Assembly (NCBI GenBank): GCA_965203295.1
Contig: CBDBCZ010000018.1
Span: 1,024,001 to 1,088,000 of the forward strand
Length of the DNA stretch: 64,000 bases
Source: Nitrospirales bacterium
Lineage (GTDB): Bacteria; Nitrospirota; Nitrospiria; Nitrospirales; UBA8639
Direction of reading: 5' to 3'
In this document: one piece after another, positions 61,330 through 64,000 of the stretch
Layout of the letters: every line of letters starts with the position of its first letter
Numbering within the stretch: position 1 is the first letter of the stretch
Translations under genes and position numbers: made by a program
Notes under the pieces: generated by a model
Seen by the model: the letters and a program-made list of their open reading frames with translations, nothing else
Told to the model about the DNA's origin: nothing
The model's database searches: none

Positions 61330-62036
61330 CTCACCTTCCGTCAATCTTGAACAGTTAGTGCGACTCGCGTCGAGAGTCTGGTCACGCGAGACTACAACCG
61401 ATACCTCTTGTCGCACGTGCATCAAATTCGCCAACGCTGATAATTAACTCATCCCACGCTGTATACGCTGACTCGGTTTTGTAGGAATTATCCTCGAAAT
61501 GTTACCTATTCTAAAAAAACTCTGACTATGCACAGATCTAGAATAAAGGTTATACAATACCATCTAGATATAATATGTAGCTAGCTACTACAGATGTATG
61601 TAGTTTAGGGGTGTATGTAAACTAAGAAGCGTATTACAGGCTTTTCAGGATATATTCTTCTCCAAATGCTCAAATCAGATTTGTATATAGCTCAATTTTT
61701 CTGGAATGGGGTGCCTAGAACCATTTCCAAGTAGCTATTGGACTGGGGAACCTAGCTAGAACCTTTTCCCAGTATTGGATTGGGTAACGTAAAACAGTTC
61801 CTTAGTATTATATAGACCCAGTATAGTACTAAGGAACCTAGAACCTATTCCCAGTAGCTATTAGATTGGGGAACATAGGAATCAGGTGAAAATCATGTGA
61901 GAATCAGTGGGTCAGAAGGATTACCCAACGTTATGATATTTTGAAACATGCTGACCATTGCCATTGATTTCTCAACTAATAATAAACAGGCTTACCAATG
62001 TACTTAACACAGCACACAATTTATGCAGAGCCTATA

Positions 62037-62903
62037 CAGTGGAACCTCCGAATAAAGGACACTTGGGAGCAAGGCTTTTGTCCTTTATTCGGAGGTTGTC
62101 CTCTGGAGGGAGGTTCGACTCAATTTGCTATTTCTAGCCACATTTAAGCACTCAAATGCCTACCAGACATGTATTCAAGCATAAACCATGTCATCTACTG
62201 TAAGTATCTACCAGGCATAGCTATAGCTAGCTACACGACTGTATAATAATTATAGCTACACGTATGTTGTCGAAAGACGTTAACATTGAGTGGTATAACA
62301 AATAGGGTGCCACAATGCCAAAATAACTGTCCAGAATGGTTTGAACTGTGTAAGCATCTCTACACTTGCTAACCGCTTATGGGTATGGACTCGAAATAGA
62401 GTTTTCACGTGTCGTCAAAGATCACATGCTCCAGCTGTATAAGCTTATCCGTGTCACGTTCCGTTTATGCCCGTTTTTGCCCAACTTGCGTGGGCGACTG
62501 GATCATGTGGATGGCACGTTATACAGCGATCTCAGAAACAAGAGCTGCTGGGAACTTACGCGTTCAGTATCTCGACTATCGCTGTGAGTAAGTTTTCAGG
62601 CGGGATAAATTGAGTGAATCTGCCATCTAGACTACGAATACGAGAGTAAATTCCGGTCTTTATGCGCGTTTATGCACGAACGATGGGTGTGGCTTCCAAT
62701 TTGTCCGTTATAAGAGGCAGTTTTCAACGGACTTTTGCAGTCGGGAGCATGCAGTTTGTCCGCTGTCCGGAATCAAGAAGCGTCCGCTCGTGGGAGGTTT
62801 CTTATACATTAGCACTATAGTAATTTCAATCGGTGCCACGGCCAGTGTCCTTTATAGGGAGGTTGTCCGCTGGTGGGAGGGTCCGTTATGGGAGGTTCCA
62901 CTG
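62037..62903. mobile_element. Tc1/mariner-pogo-type MITE, inverted copy of 25607-26363
   Basis: TA|CAGTGGAACCTCC...GGAGGTTCCACTG|TA; ~100-bp extra internal segment. Confidence 0.88.
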
Positions 62904-63133
62904 TAATTGGTTGTAGATATAGGGAGAAAACAAATAATTTTACAAAAAACACAGCAGCATTAATCAAAAATCAAAAAAAATGGGGAAATGCTCTTCAGTA
63001 AGGGTATAGCTACACCAACCTAAACTGTTCATGATTACAAAATTTGAACCATATACATGGTAACACTTATATACAATGCTGCATAGCTACTAGCCTGGTG
63101 CGTGTTGAGTCACAAACTGTAGAAATTTATTTC

Positions 63134-64000
63134 TCAGCCCCACTCATAATCCCAGACAGGGCCACAAGTGCTGACTTTGTTATAGGGGGTCCACATAGTT
63201 TTCTTTGCATGCACCTGAAGTGCTTCCATGAGCTCCACAGCCTCAGATATCTTCTCTGGAGCTCCATTAAACGTGACATCTAGGACACGTAGAAAGTTAC
63301 GGTAGACGCAATGGAATGCCTATAGCATTTGGTGCCTGGTATGTTATCGTCTTTGCTGGGGCTATCTCGCATTGGCCATACTCCCGCTGGATTGTATGGA
63401 ATTGGGAGGCCATCGTAGGCATAGCCATTTTCCGTTAAGGTCATCTGGCACACAATCTCTTCAAAGCATACTGGCCAGTGATGGTGTCACTAGGGTTGAA
63501 TGGATTTGCACCCTCGCCCTGCTCCACGATTTGGTCAATACCAGCCGTTGCTGCTTCAAAGCTTGTGACAATGTATACACTGCCAACATTAGTATCATAA
63601 GGCACTTACCATGGCCATTGGTCCTATTTTTCTTCTGTTCCTGGAGGATATATATCTTTACCAAGAATCTACAAGCACAGTTTTATTTCTTTATACAATT
63701 GTCCAATAGTGTTTAGTGTGTATTCTGGTTCAGATCTACCAACAAAGGTCAGTGCAGGGGTTTCAGTAGCAATGAAATTATTATATACATGCAAAAGATC
63801 GAACTTCTTCAAGCTTACAGTGAGGTTTGGTAGTACTCCCCCTGGGAGACCAGTTGTAGGATATGATGGAACAAACTCGGGATCGTCAATCCTCACCGTT
63901 GTTCCAATTCCAATGAGCATATTAGCCGCTTGAGTGAAGTGAAGCATTTCTTGCATTGCAATATTCCGGATAAGGTGGTATGCCTTTACATTGCAGTGTT
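63134..64000 (-). pseudogene. Intronless ferritin-like (VioB/iminophenyl-pyruvate dimer synthase-type domain) pseudogene, 5' end outside window
   Basis: AYHLIRNIAMQEMLHFTQAANML, FVPSYPTTGLPGG, TIGQLY, IVEQGEGA, FNGAPE, CGPVWDYEWG-stop; in-frame stops at 63669, 63624 and 63606 plus two frameshifts. Confidence 0.75.

Noticed and set aside
63600..63612. GTAAGT as an intron donor rescuing the ferritin-like gene
   Set aside because: Protein similarity continues straight through, and two stops already lie upstream

Overview
Eukaryotic, intron-rich animal DNA, most likely a demosponge (inferred from gene architecture, not from a search). The minus strand carries a tandem cluster of secreted Calx-beta repeat genes resembling sponge aggregation factors. 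They are built almost entirely from symmetric phase-1 exons: signal peptide, a 6-Cys TB-like module, Calx-beta repeats, Sushi/CCP exons and a short basic 4-Cys tail. Gene A (61329->~42033) has two possible signal exons, one nonsense codon, and a duplicated 3' half whose two copies are damaged in complementary exons. Units B (41271->26474) and C (23110->beyond the left edge) are a ~13.5 kb recent tandem duplication. C has lost its TATA box, signal-peptide frame and first donor but keeps every downstream exon open, while B has no terminal exon, suggesting one fused giant gene. Some B/C exons are more divergent than the introns between them. Introns hold a dead 5'-truncated Ty3/Gypsy element and many non-autonomous DNA transposons. 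A decayed, intronless bacterial-type ferritin-like (VioB-family) gene lies at the right end. Exon boundaries were read by eye from GT/AG sites and frame continuity; no expression data were available.
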